The notes beneath the pieces are model-generated. The model did not search any database. It saw nothing but the letters and a program-made list of their open reading frames with translations, and had not been told where the DNA came from. The position numbers and the translations under genes are program-made. DNA of 56,957 nt. Source: a virus. Lineage: Duplodnaviria; Caudoviricetes. How positions within the stretch are numbered: the stretch's first letter is position 1; each line of letters begins with the position of its first letter. The stretch is from positions 1-56,957 of IMG/VR virus record IMGVR_UViG_3300010399_000043. One strand, written 5' to 3'. Below are positions 35,922 through 46,038 of the stretch, piece by piece.

Positions 35922-36544
35922 TCACCGACCACACCGCCGAGTCGCTGCGCGCCTTCGAGGCAAATGTCGCCGAGCTGTTCAACGCCGGCAAGATCCGCGC
36001 GCCTGTCCACCTCGCTGGCGGCAACGAGGACGCGCTGATCGACATCTTCGAGGACGTGCGGGATCAGGACTGGGTGTGCTGCTCTTGGCGCTCCCACTAT
36101 CATTGCCTGCTCAAGGGTGTGCCGGAGGAGCTGCTGCTCGACGCGATCTGCGCCGGCCGGTCGATCACTCTTTGCTTCCCTGAGTACAAGATCGTGTCGT
36201 CGGCGATCGTCGGCGGTATCCTGCCGATCGCTGTCGGCCTCGCCTGGGCCGCCAAGTATCGTCTGCGCGACGAGCGGGTGTGGGCCTTCTGCGGGGACAT
36301 GGCCGCGCGCTCGGGTATCTACCATGAGTGCGTGCAGTACGCCGCGGGGCACGACCTACCGATCCGCTTCATCACCGAGGACAACGGCATCTCGGTGTGC
36401 ACGCCGACCGAGGAGGCGTGGGGCCACCCATCCCGTGCGGCGATCGTCGATGCGGAGGGCCGACCGACCTCTGACCGGCAGGAGTGGTACTCCTACAAGC
36501 TTCCGTGGCCGCACGCGGGGGCCGGCAAACGTGTTCAGTTCTGA
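35918..36544 (+). CDS. TPP-dependent enzyme, E1 alpha-like subunit
   Basis: PVHLAGGNE, WRSHYHCL.KG, SAIVGG, GDMAA..G.YHE...EDNG TPP-binding motif. Confidence 0.88.
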   Translation: MITDHTAESLRAFEANVAELFNAGKIRAPVHLAGGNEDALIDIFEDVRDQDWVCCSWRSHYHCLLKGVPEELLLDAICAGRSITLCFPEYKIVSSAIVGGILPIAVGLAWAAKYRLRDERVWAFCGDMAARSGIYHECVQYAAGHDLPIRFITEDNGISVCTPTEEAWGHPSRAAIVDAEGRPTSDRQEWYSYKLPWPHAGAGKRVQF

Positions 36545-36736
36545 TCACCGCGTTCACCCGCTGCTTCGAACGCGGCGGATGCCCTGGCCGCGCTGGCTGC
36601 TGGTGGCGGTGTGGCTGCTGTCGAGCCTCCTCGACGCGCTCCTGCCTCTGCCGCGTAGCGGGATCGCCGGTTGGAGCAGCGGTCTGGTGTCCGTCGGGTA
36701 TGTCGTCGACAGGACGCACAAGGGTAACAGGTTGAG

Positions 36737-37249
36737 ATGAGCCGGTACGTCGACGAGCTGTGCAAGGCGATGCGCCTTCTCGAGGAGGCGGGGGCCATCT
36801 TCATGGGCCAGGCCGTCGAGTACCCTGGCACTGGCATGTCGCGCACGCTGGAGCATTTGGGTAACCGCCGCCTTGAGCTGCCCGTCGCCGAGGACATGCA
36901 GATGGGCATGGCGATCGGTATGTCGCTCGCCGGACTGCTTCCTGTCTGCATCTACCCGCGCTGGAACTTCCTGCTGCTGGCGACCAATCAGCTGGTGCTA
37001 CATCTCGACAAGCTGCCCCTGTACTCCGAGTACAGGCCGAAGGTGATCGTGCGGGTCGCGGTGGCGACCGACGAACCCCTCGATCCCGGTCCGCAGCACC
37101 TCGGTGACTTCTCGCAGGCGTTCCGCGACATGCTCCGCACGGTCGTCGTCGTGCCACTGCACACGGCCGAGGGTATCATGACCTCCTATCGCGCAGCACT
37201 AGCGCGCGCCGAGTCGACGATCCTCGTCGAGTACTCGAAGGCGTACTGA
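36737..37249 (+). CDS. TPP-dependent enzyme, E1 beta/transketolase pyrimidine-binding subunit
   Basis: FMGQAV, ELPVAEDMQMGMAIG, FLLLA.NQL, GPQH. Confidence 0.85.
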   Translation: MSRYVDELCKAMRLLEEAGAIFMGQAVEYPGTGMSRTLEHLGNRRLELPVAEDMQMGMAIGMSLAGLLPVCIYPRWNFLLLATNQLVLHLDKLPLYSEYRPKVIVRVAVATDEPLDPGPQHLGDFSQAFRDMLRTVVVVPLHTAEGIMTSYRAALARAESTILVEYSKAY

Positions 37250-37252
37250 GCG

Positions 37253-37459
37253 ATGACCCTGACCGATCTGGTGGTGCTATTGTTCGTCGCTGGGTTGTAT
37301 CTGCTGCCCACCATCGTCGCGGTGGTGCGCCTGCACCATCAAACGCTGGCGATCTTTTTGCTCAACATGTTTTTGGGCTGGTCGGCGCTCGGTTGGGTTG
37401 TGGCGCTGATCTGGTCCGCGACGCGGGTTGAACCACGACGGCGGTTCCGGGAACACTGA
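37253..37459 (+). CDS. superinfection immunity protein (T4 Imm-like)
   Basis: LYLLPTIVA..R.H....IFLLN.FLGWS.LGWVVALIWS. Confidence 0.85.
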   Translation: MTLTDLVVLLFVAGLYLLPTIVAVVRLHHQTLAIFLLNMFLGWSALGWVVALIWSATRVEPRRRFREH

Positions 37460-37468
37460 AGGGGTTTC

Positions 37469-38608
37469 ATGTCGCAGCGTACTGATTGGATCTACCCGAC
37501 AGCCTTCCCGTGCTGGGGCCCGGAGGAGAAGGCGGCGATTATGCGGGTCGTCGACTCCGGTAACTTCACGATGGGGGTTGAGGTCGAGGCGCTCGAGTGC
37601 GAGTTTGCGGCCTACCACGATCGCCGGTACGCGATCGCTGTCAACTCCGGCTCTTCTGCCAACCTGATCGCTGTTGCGGCCTTGGTCAACAGCAAGCGGC
37701 TCCAACCCGCCGTCTCGGCGGCGCTGGTACCAGCACTCGCCTGGGCCACGACCTACGCACCGCTGGTGCAGCACGGCCTTGGACTATTGCTCGCTGACTG
37801 CGACGCGACCTGGAACGCGCACCCGCAGCGGCGTCCGTCCTACGTTGACCCTGATCTGATCGTCACCTGCCCTGTCCTGGGCAATCCAGCCCATCAAGCG
37901 GCTTGGCTCGATCTGGCGGCTAGTGCTGATTTGCCGGTGCTGGAGGATTGCTGCGAGTCACTGGGTGCTCGAACCGACGACGGGGAGCTCTGCGGCACCT
38001 TCGGGCTGTTGTCCACCTTCTCGTTCTACCACTCGCATCAGATCGGGGCGGTGGAGGGCGGGATGATCCTCACCGACGATCACGAGCTCGCAGTGCTCTG
38101 TCGCATGCTGCGTTCGCACGGTTGGACCCGTGGCAGTGTTGAGATCGCCTCGTTCGAGGAGGAGTACGACTTCCGCCTGTTCGGGTACAACGTGCGGCCG
38201 ACCGAGATCTATGCCGCGGTGGCGCGCGAGCAGTTGAAGAAGCTGGATGCCTCGATCACGGCTCGCCGCAAGAACGCGATCTACTTTGCGGGACGGGTGC
38301 AAGAGCTGCACCTTCCGATCGATCTGCCGTATGTCGTCGGTCACCCCTCGCCGTTCGGCATGGCCTTCACGCTGCGTCAGCCGGAAAGGCGCCTGGATCT
38401 GGTCGCCGCCCTGCGCAAGGCCGGTATCGACTGCCGTCTGCCGACTGGCGGTTCCTTCCGGCTGCACGCCTACGGTTCGTACTGGGCCGAGCAGCAGACA
38501 CCTTTCGCCGACAGCATCCACAGGGCTGGTATGTTCATAGGGAATGCGCCGTTCGATATCTCCGATTTGATCGATCGCGCGATCTCTGTGATGCGGGAGG
38601 TTCTGTGA
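37469..38608 (+). CDS. DegT/DnrJ/EryC1/StrS family PLP enzyme, ColD/RfbH-like NDP-sugar 3-dehydratase
   Basis: VNSGSSANL, EDCCESLGA, FSFYHSHQIGAVEGG (His where aminotransferases have Lys), GYNVRP. Confidence 0.88.
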   Translation: MSQRTDWIYPTAFPCWGPEEKAAIMRVVDSGNFTMGVEVEALECEFAAYHDRRYAIAVNSGSSANLIAVAALVNSKRLQPAVSAALVPALAWATTYAPLVQHGLGLLLADCDATWNAHPQRRPSYVDPDLIVTCPVLGNPAHQAAWLDLAASADLPVLEDCCESLGARTDDGELCGTFGLLSTFSFYHSHQIGAVEGGMILTDDHELAVLCRMLRSHGWTRGSVEIASFEEEYDFRLFGYNVRPTEIYAAVAREQLKKLDASITARRKNAIYFAGRVQELHLPIDLPYVVGHPSPFGMAFTLRQPERRLDLVAALRKAGIDCRLPTGGSFRLHAYGSYWAEQQTPFADSIHRAGMFIGNAPFDISDLIDRAISVMREVL

Positions 38609-38609
38609 G

Positions 38610-38837
38610 ATGCACATCACCGGTGGTAGGGTCGTGTTCTCGCGTTCGGTTCAGCCGGCGCAGTTCGAGAACAAGAAGGCCGAGGTCGAGCTGACGTTCA
38701 CCCTGCACGAGGGTGAGGAGCTCGGCGACGCGCTGGACGAGGTCGGACGGCTGGTCGAGCACAAGGCCCTCGAGATGGTCGGCCTGAACCGTGAGGACGA
38801 GGACGACGACCCGCCGGTTCGAAAGAAGCGACGATGA
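38610..38837 (+). CDS. hypothetical protein
   Basis: ORF with GGAGG RBS. Confidence 0.6.
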   Translation: MHITGGRVVFSRSVQPAQFENKKAEVELTFTLHEGEELGDALDEVGRLVEHKALEMVGLNREDEDDDPPVRKKRR

Positions 38838-39018
38838 CCGCGCTGCTCTTCCTGGCCGAGGCCTGGTGCGCGCTCGGTGTCGCCGCCTGGTTTATCGGTA
38901 TGTGGATGGGTGGTCTGTGGAACATCGACCGGGACGACGTCAGGATGCTCGGTCTCAGTGTACTCGGTGGGCCGATCGCTTTCTACATCGTCGTGCGCGT
39001 TCTCAGGAGGACGCCATC

Positions 39019-39258
39019 ATGACCGATAAGGCTGCGACCGATGCTGTTGTGGATCGACTCAAGTACCGAGTTGACCTGGTGGTCGTGTTTTTTGTGCTGG
39101 CGACCATCGCGTGCCTGATCGCCTGGATCTGGACGGCGGACTGGCGCCCCTTCGCGACCAGCACAGTACTGCTTGTTGTCACGCTGGCCGTGCGGCATCT
39201 GTGGGTCGATACGGTGGACCGTGTTGCGGACGAGGTTCGTAAGGAGCTGGGCTTGTGA
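39019..39258 (+). CDS. small membrane protein
   Basis: AGGAGG RBS, two hydrophobic segments. Confidence 0.6.
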   Translation: MTDKAATDAVVDRLKYRVDLVVVFFVLATIACLIAWIWTADWRPFATSTVLLVVTLAVRHLWVDTVDRVADEVRKELGL

Positions 39259-40190
39259 AGATCCTTGTTACAGGTGGTGCAGGTTACATCGGCAGCGTGC
39301 TGACCCAGTATCTGCTGGCGCGCGGTTGGTCGGTAACGGTGCTGGACAACTTCTCCCACGGGGTGCCGTCCCTGGCCCATATCGCCCAAGACAGGAACCT
39401 GCGGATCGTGCGCGGAGACGCTCGTGACAAGGCTCTGATGCGAGAGGAGCTGAGGAAGCACGACGTCCTGATCCCGCTGGCCGCTGTCGTTGGTGCCCCA
39501 GCGTGCCGGGCCGATCCGATGGGTGCCACGACAACCAACCTCGACGCCATAGAGATGGCAGTGGGCCTGATGTCTCCGGAGCAGTGGGTCGTGTACCCGA
39601 ACACTAACAGTGGGTATGGTACGACGGCCCCTGGCGTCGTGTGCGACGAGACGACCCCGCTGGTGCCCATCAGCCTGTACGGCAAGCTGAAGTGCGCGGC
39701 GGAGGTTCATGTGGTGATGGCGCGTGAAAATTCTATCACGCTGCGGCTGGCGACCGTCTTCGGCTGGTCGCCGCGCATGCGGTTGGACCTGATGGTCAAC
39801 GACTTCACCTACCGGGCCGTCACCGACAGGACGCTTGTTCTGTTCGAGGGCGGCTTTCGGCGCAACTTCGTCCACGTGCGCGACGTCGCGCGGGCCTTTG
39901 TCTGGGCCCTGTCGAAGCGGCCGTACCCTGCCGGTCACGTGTTCAACGTCGGCGACGACGCGGCCAACATGACGAAGGCCGAACTGTGCGCGCGTATCTC
40001 GCGGGTTACCGACTTCCGCTGGATCGAGCATCCCTCCTATCAGGATCCCGACAAGCGCGACTATGTGGTTTCGACAGCCAAGATCACGGCCATGGGCTGG
40101 AAACCCACCCACGACTTCGACGAGGGCATCGCCGAACTCGTCCAGGGGTATGCCATGCTCGGCGGGTCGGGGGGCCTCCGCAATGCCTGA
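39255..40190 (+). CDS. NAD-dependent epimerase/dehydratase/reductase (extended SDR)
   Basis: ILVTGGAGYIG, LAAVVG.P.C, YGKLK, LRLATVFG, RNFVHVRD. Confidence 0.92.
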   Translation: MKILVTGGAGYIGSVLTQYLLARGWSVTVLDNFSHGVPSLAHIAQDRNLRIVRGDARDKALMREELRKHDVLIPLAAVVGAPACRADPMGATTTNLDAIEMAVGLMSPEQWVVYPNTNSGYGTTAPGVVCDETTPLVPISLYGKLKCAAEVHVVMARENSITLRLATVFGWSPRMRLDLMVNDFTYRAVTDRTLVLFEGGFRRNFVHVRDVARAFVWALSKRPYPAGHVFNVGDDAANMTKAELCARISRVTDFRWIEHPSYQDPDKRDYVVSTAKITAMGWKPTHDFDEGIAELVQGYAMLGGSGGLRNA

Positions 40191-40382
40191 GCGCAGGACG
40201 TTCACTGTCATCGGTGGTGCGCGGGGCGGCGATGTAGTCACGCTCAACGTTGAACTGCACGATATGTGGGTGCAGCTCGCGCACCTACCGGAGATGGCTT
40301 ATCCGGATGGCCTGTTCCCGCGAGTGTCGCACGATCTCTATCGGATCTGTGGTGATCGTCTTCTGTTTGAGAAGACCTTGTC

Positions 40383-40742
40383 ATGATCGATCAGGATGTT
40401 GAGGTCGCGACCGCCTACCGCTTCCCCTCCGGTGACACCATGGGCGCCTCGGTGACGGGTCGCGCGCTGGACGCGCTGTCGGCCCAGGTGGTGGACGCTG
40501 CCAAGAACGCGCGGGTGATCCTCATGGGCCGTCACTGTGTCCTGAAGAGGGGCCAGTACTACAAGGGCCGCACGGCCATCATCAAAGGTGTAACTGTCGA
40601 CTCGGAGTGCGGGCTGATGGCGCTCGCCGCGGTTCAGCGCGTTGACGGCAAGGGCAATCTCAACACCGGTGGCATGTACGATAGGAACGAGGCCATGCAG
40701 TATTGGCCGCTCAAGGACCTGCAGATCGAGGGTGTGCCGTGA
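40383..40742 (+). CDS. hypothetical protein (KOW-like motif)
   Basis: VLKRGQYYKGRTAII; 4-bp overlaps with neighbours. Confidence 0.55.
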   Translation: MIDQDVEVATAYRFPSGDTMGASVTGRALDALSAQVVDAAKNARVILMGRHCVLKRGQYYKGRTAIIKGVTVDSECGLMALAAVQRVDGKGNLNTGGMYDRNEAMQYWPLKDLQIEGVP

Positions 40743-42286
40743 CCGACGTCATCTTCATCAACCCGCGGTCGTCGCGCGCGATCTACGGCGGTGCCCTGTA
40801 CGAGGCGGAGCTGCCGGCGATCGAGCCGCCGCTGTGGTGCCGCATCCTCGCGGGCTGCGCTGTCGGCGACGGCTATCAGGCGCAGATCCTCGACGCCGAC
40901 GCGCTGTCCCTGTCGGCGGAGCAGGTCGCCGAGTGGGTGGTGGCGATCAGCCCGGACCTGGTCGTGGTCGTCGCGCAGGGTCACCAGCCATCAGCCTCGA
41001 CCCAGTCCATGCCTGCGGCCTACGAGGTCTGTCGGCAGATCAAACGGCAGGCAGTCGGGAAGCTGCACACACAGATACCGACGGCGATCGCCGGTGGCCA
41101 CGTGTCGGCCCTGCCTGAGCAGACTCTGAAGGATTGTTGGGCCGTCGACTACGCCATCGTGGGCGAGGGTCCGGACACGATCCGCGGTATCCTGGATCGA
41201 TCCCGCACCCAGGAGAAAACCCCTGGCCTCGCGTCCCGTTGGGACGGTGCTGTGCTCAGGGGCCCACCCGCGGGCCTGCGTCCGATCGGCGACCTCGGTG
41301 GCGAGTACGGCTGGTCACTGCTGCCGCCCCTGACCTCGTACCGCGCGCACAACTGGCAGTGCCTCGGTGGCAGGCCGCGGACGCCCTACGCCAGCGTGCA
41401 GACCTCTCTCGGTTGCCCGTACACGTGCTCCTTCTGCTGCATCAACTCGCCGTTCGGCAGTAACCACTATCGCATGCGCGACCCGTACGCGGTCATCAAC
41501 GAGATCTACTTTCTGTATCACTACCACAACGTGCGCACGTTCAAGATCAGCGACGAGATGTTCGTGCTGAACCCGCGGCACTACGGCGTGATCTGCGGCG
41601 AGATCGTCAAACGCGGCCTCAACGACGACGACGACCTCAACATCTGGGCCTACGCGCGCGTCGACACCGTGCGGGCCGACAAGCTGGCGCTCCTGCGCCG
41701 GGCCGGCGTCCGCTGGCTGGCGCTCGGGATCGAATCCGCCTCGGCCTATGTGCGGGACGGCGCGCAGAAGCGGTTGAAGAACGACGACGTCCTCGGGGTC
41801 GTCCGCGCGATCCAGGCGGCCGGCATCAACGTGATCGGCAACTTCATCTTCGGCCTGCCCGACGACGACGTCGCCTCCATGAACCAGACGCTTGAACTCG
41901 CGCTGGATCTGCGCTGTGAGTACGCCAACTTCTACTGCGCCATGGCCTACCCTGGTTCGCCGCTGTACTCCGAGGCTGTGCGCGAGGGCTGGTCGCTGCC
42001 CGAGACCTGGGACGGGTATTCGCAGCACGGCTGGACGACCCGACCGCTCGACACCCAGCACGTCAAGGCCGCCACGGTCCTGAGCTGGCGTGACCTAGCC
42101 TTCTCGCGCTACTTCAGTGACCCCGCCTACCTCGACATGATCACGAAGAAGTTTGGTTCCGACGACGCGCAGCGTCTGCTGGCGATGTCGGGCCACAGGA
42201 TCCCCCGACTGCTGCTCGACGGTGATACCTCTCCGGGCACCGCTGCCGAGAATACAGGGGGTGCCGCGCCGTGCGTCACTTCGTAA
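40739..42286 (+). CDS. cobalamin-binding radical SAM protein
   Basis: EPPLW, GGHVSALPE, VGEG, TSLGCPYTCSFC, DEMF, LGIES, FIFGLP, AYPGSPLY. Confidence 0.92.
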   Translation: MTDVIFINPRSSRAIYGGALYEAELPAIEPPLWCRILAGCAVGDGYQAQILDADALSLSAEQVAEWVVAISPDLVVVVAQGHQPSASTQSMPAAYEVCRQIKRQAVGKLHTQIPTAIAGGHVSALPEQTLKDCWAVDYAIVGEGPDTIRGILDRSRTQEKTPGLASRWDGAVLRGPPAGLRPIGDLGGEYGWSLLPPLTSYRAHNWQCLGGRPRTPYASVQTSLGCPYTCSFCCINSPFGSNHYRMRDPYAVINEIYFLYHYHNVRTFKISDEMFVLNPRHYGVICGEIVKRGLNDDDDLNIWAYARVDTVRADKLALLRRAGVRWLALGIESASAYVRDGAQKRLKNDDVLGVVRAIQAAGINVIGNFIFGLPDDDVASMNQTLELALDLRCEYANFYCAMAYPGSPLYSEAVREGWSLPETWDGYSQHGWTTRPLDTQHVKAATVLSWRDLAFSRYFSDPAYLDMITKKFGSDDAQRLLAMSGHRIPRLLLDGDTSPGTAAENTGGAAPCVTS

Positions 42287-42621
42287 AGGAGTGGTCTCAG
42301 GCGCCCGACGCGGCAGATCGCTGGGTCCGTTCTCCCTTTGGTGCCCCTACTCCTCCCGTGGGCCACCCTGGAAACGGACCCAGCGATCTAACACTACCGG
42401 TTTTAGCGGGGTTACAGCATGGGCGACGCTGCGGATGACGCATATGCGGCTGCGCTGCGGGCCCATGAGCTGCGCGAGCTTATGGCCGACGCTGGCTGCA
42501 GACCTTGTCCGCGTCGGCATCTGCATGACGGCGACGAGTGCCCGATCTGCCACGATCTGGGTTGGTTAGACTGCAACGGGAACCCGGTGGAACCGTGATC
42601 AAAAGGAGGATTTGATAAACG

Positions 42622-42957
42622 ATGTTCGGACCGGCACAGAACGACTGTCCCAACCCGCGCGCGGGTGCTGCCTACCAGGTCGTGTACGAGATGCTCAATC
42701 CGTCGGGTGTGACTCCGCGGGACCTGCCGCAGCTGCGCGTACGCGCGCTGTCACTCGCGACCTGGGCCGCCACCCAGCCACCTGAGGTCGCCAATGCCTA
42801 CGGTTGGGCGTTGACGCGTATCATGGCTGACATCGAGCAGCGCATCCTGCTCGCCGGTAGGGCCGCGTCGATCAGGGAAGCACTCGAGACGCTGCCTCGG
42901 CCGCCCAAGCCTGACGCGCTGTCGGACTGGCCGACTCGCCGGCTGGAGCAAGGTTGA
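42622..42957 (+). CDS. hypothetical protein
   Basis: ORF with GGAGG upstream. Confidence 0.55.
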   Translation: MFGPAQNDCPNPRAGAAYQVVYEMLNPSGVTPRDLPQLRVRALSLATWAATQPPEVANAYGWALTRIMADIEQRILLAGRAASIREALETLPRPPKPDALSDWPTRRLEQG

Positions 42958-43352
42958 GGATGGCTTCTCGGTTGCTGTACGCGCTTCTTGTAGCGGTGTC
43001 GCTGGCTACACCTGCCATCGCGGATGCTGTTGCACCTCCGTCTGTTCAGCATGCCCGTGTAGAGCTGTACATGCGGAAGCGTGCTAACTTTTTGGTGCTC
43101 GTTCACGACCTGTACAACGCGCTCGCCTGCGGTGTGTTCAGGTCGGAGATCGAGTTCATCGGCCTGTACCGCGTAGCGGTGGGTGAGCTCGCCGCGATCA
43201 ACAGGCCCGGTACCGCGTGGCCACCGGATGACATCCGCCTCGGAAAAGACGTGATCGCGATGGCCGAACTCGGCAGATCCGAACCGTGCGATCGCTGGTC
43301 TGATCCGCGACGTGCGCTTGCCCTGCAGCTAGCGGCGGAGGCCCTGCGTTGA
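42954..43352 (+). CDS. hypothetical secreted protein
   Basis: Signal-peptide-like SRLLYALLVAVSLATPAIA. Confidence 0.6.
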   Translation: MRMASRLLYALLVAVSLATPAIADAVAPPSVQHARVELYMRKRANFLVLVHDLYNALACGVFRSEIEFIGLYRVAVGELAAINRPGTAWPPDDIRLGKDVIAMAELGRSEPCDRWSDPRRALALQLAAEALR

Positions 43353-44251
43353 ACTGGCTATTTAACATGCTCAATCACAACCCGCAGGGGCAGCGGTCGC
43401 TCGAGGATGTGATCGGCATCATCGGGCATCAGCTACGCGAGCTTGGTCACACCGCTGTCTGGGACAAGAAGAACGATCAGTTTCTCGCGCGTGACACCGG
43501 CATCAACATCATTGTGGAGGGCTTCACCCCGCCGGTGATCGAGATCATGGCTGGGGCGCACGCACGCGGCTGCCGGTTCGTCATCCTCGCGACCGAGGAA
43601 CCGACCGAGAAGGGCTTCAACCACGGCGTCGATCCTGAGATGATCATGCGCCAGCGGATGTTCCCTGAGGCGGCGCGCTACTGCGAAGGTATCATCCATC
43701 TCGTCCCCGGGAAGCGTGTGACCGACTGGTATGGGCAGTTTGCACCAGCAGCATACACCGAGCTTGGCTTCGCGCGCACCTTGGTGCGGCTGTCACCGCA
43801 GGAACCGGTTTACGACTTCGGGTTCTTTGGATCGGTGAGCCGCCGCCGTATGGGCATCCTAAACAAGCTGGCTAAGCGCTCCGGACGGAAGGACGCTGTC
43901 CGCTACATCGGAGACTTCCCCGATCAGGAGACGCGCGACAGACAGATCAGGGAGGCGCGGGTGGTGGTGCAGCTGCGCAAGGTCGAGGCCATGGGCCTCG
44001 TCTCCTCCTCGCGCTGCAACACAGCTTTGTGCGTCGGTCGCCCGGTGATCGCCGAGCCTCACGAGCTGTCGGCACCATGGGATCAGATTGTGTCGTTCGC
44101 CTCATCGACCGACCATTTCTACAACCTGGCTGTCATGGCTAGGATGAACTGGCAGTCGCTGTGGTATGATCAGTTCAAGCGCTTCCGCGAAATGCTTCCG
44201 GCAGACGCCTGCATCGGCAAGGCTCTGCGCGATATCGGTGTGATGCGATGA
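43349..44251 (+). CDS. putative glycosyltransferase (GT-B-like), paralog 1
   Basis: YDFGFFGSVSRRR...RDRQIREARVVVQL...SSRC..AL..GRPVIAE resembles a GT-B C-terminal domain. Confidence 0.6.
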   Translation: MNWLFNMLNHNPQGQRSLEDVIGIIGHQLRELGHTAVWDKKNDQFLARDTGINIIVEGFTPPVIEIMAGAHARGCRFVILATEEPTEKGFNHGVDPEMIMRQRMFPEAARYCEGIIHLVPGKRVTDWYGQFAPAAYTELGFARTLVRLSPQEPVYDFGFFGSVSRRRMGILNKLAKRSGRKDAVRYIGDFPDQETRDRQIREARVVVQLRKVEAMGLVSSSRCNTALCVGRPVIAEPHELSAPWDQIVSFASSTDHFYNLAVMARMNWQSLWYDQFKRFREMLPADACIGKALRDIGVMR

Positions 44252-44886
44252 GCTTCGACGGCCTCTGCGACAAGCTGGTCAACGACAGCATCTGGCGGCC
44301 CTACCGCGGTTGGCACGACGACCACCGCGACAGGGACGGTACATCAGAGTACCGACCCGCGGCGCAGCAGGTGCGCGCCGAGTGGTTGGAGTTCGTGGAT
44401 ATGCTGCATGGTCACGGGTTGCCACGATCTACCTGCCTGCAACTGGGACTCGGGACACCAGGTGCGACCCACAGCCTGCTGGCGCTCCTGTTTCGTGAGG
44501 TGCACACGGTCGAGCGCGAGTTCCCTGTTGTCGGGGAATGGAACAGGCGCTTCCCGGCGGGTGATACAGGAACCCTACACAACGGTTCCGGCATTATCCA
44601 GGGTGATACCAACAGCGCCGGTACCTTCACCCGATGCAGTGCACTGAAACCGCTCGACCTCCTCTTCATCGACGCTGGTCACAGGTACGAGGAGGTCCTT
44701 CTCGACCACACCATGTACTCGCCGCTGGTCAGGCCCGGCGGGATCGTCGCCTTCCACGACGCCGTCCACAGGCCGCAGTTCGGCGACGGCATCGGTGTGT
44801 GGCTCCTGCTCGCCGAGCTGAAACGTGAGGGTACTCCGATCGCGACGATCGGCGACGAGGTGGGGATCGCCTACTATGTCAGATGA
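44248..44886 (+). CDS. class I SAM-dependent methyltransferase (Methyltransf_24-like)
   Basis: LQLGLG.PG, DLLFIDAGH.YE....D...Y..LVRPGGIVAFHD. Confidence 0.88.
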   Translation: MSFDGLCDKLVNDSIWRPYRGWHDDHRDRDGTSEYRPAAQQVRAEWLEFVDMLHGHGLPRSTCLQLGLGTPGATHSLLALLFREVHTVEREFPVVGEWNRRFPAGDTGTLHNGSGIIQGDTNSAGTFTRCSALKPLDLLFIDAGHRYEEVLLDHTMYSPLVRPGGIVAFHDAVHRPQFGDGIGVWLLLAELKREGTPIATIGDEVGIAYYVR

Positions 44887-45076
44887 CGATCATCAGGAGA
44901 GCATCGCGGTTCACGCGACTAACATGCAGCAGATCATGAACAAGGTCACGGTGACCTTCACAGCCGCCAGCGACGAGGAAGCGCGTCGGTTCTTCAACCT
45001 TGTACTTGACGGCCTAAACCAGGGTCGGCCGGTGGAGATCATCATTGAGGGATCCGCATTGAAGGTCACCCACTGA

Positions 45077-46036
45077 ATGGCCTGGTTCAACTTCAACACG
45101 TTCAATCACTGCCGACAGGGCCGGATCATCGTCGAGGACATCACCCGCACGATGGGCCTGCAGATGCGAGCGCTCGGTCATCACGTGACCTGGTCGGACA
45201 GCCTGATATTCAGGGCGTCTGAGAAGACACCTCCGTATCGACCGATCCCGGTCTATAACGTGCTACTCGAGTCGTTCGCTGACGACCCCGCGACCTTAAG
45301 GACGATCGCTGCGGAGCACGCGCACGGATGCAAGTTTATCTACGTGGCGACCGAGGAGCCGTCCGACGCCGGCTTCAACCACGGTCTCGATCCAGCGATG
45401 ATCGACCGACAGAACGTCTACGCCGAGGCCATGAAGTACGCTGTCGGCACGCTGCACCTGATCCCCGGTCAGCACGTCACCGACTGGTACGCGCAGTTCG
45501 GGCCCGCCGCCTACGCGGAGCTTGGTTGGGCACCGGGCCTCGACGGGGATGACATCGGCGAGCGCACCTATACGATGCCTGTTACTGTTGACCATGACGT
45601 CGGATTCTTCGGCAAGATGACGTGGCGCCGCGGCCAGATTCTCGACACCATGGTGGCGATGGGGCTCAAGGTGCTGCGGCTGACCGGACTTGAGACACCG
45701 CGCGCAGAGCGCGATGCCATCATGCGGCGTGCGAAGGTGATCGTGCAGATCAGGGGCAACGACGAGTGGACGACTGTGTCCTCGACCCGCTGCGTTGCCG
45801 CGCTTGCCATGGGCCGCCCGCTGATCGCCGAGCCGCACCCAGCACCTGCGCCGTGGGACGAGATCGTGCACTTCGCGCCTACGATGGATCTATTTTACAG
45901 TCAGGTCCGCGCGGTGACGAGCGCAGGTCAATTCGATCGCGAGCAGTTGTATCTGATGCAGTACGATGATTTCAGGAAGAAGCTGACACCGGAGCACTGC
46001 ATCGGCGACGCGCTGCGCACGCTGGGGGTCGCCTGA
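45077..46036 (+). CDS. putative glycosyltransferase (GT-B-like), paralog 2
   Basis: Colinear with 43349-44251 (ATEEP...GFNHG.DP.MI, VTDWY.QF.PAAY.ELG, GFFG, GRP.IAEPH, CIG.ALR..GV). Confidence 0.6.
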   Translation: MAWFNFNTFNHCRQGRIIVEDITRTMGLQMRALGHHVTWSDSLIFRASEKTPPYRPIPVYNVLLESFADDPATLRTIAAEHAHGCKFIYVATEEPSDAGFNHGLDPAMIDRQNVYAEAMKYAVGTLHLIPGQHVTDWYAQFGPAAYAELGWAPGLDGDDIGERTYTMPVTVDHDVGFFGKMTWRRGQILDTMVAMGLKVLRLTGLETPRAERDAIMRRAKVIVQIRGNDEWTTVSSTRCVAALAMGRPLIAEPHPAPAPWDEIVHFAPTMDLFYSQVRAVTSAGQFDREQLYLMQYDDFRKKLTPEHCIGDALRTLGVA

Positions 46037-46038
46037 AC

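Noticed and set aside
35918-37249. Pyruvate dehydrogenase auxiliary metabolic genes
   Set aside because: Both subunits are much shorter than PDH E1, E2/E3 are absent, and the context is nucleotide-sugar enzymes
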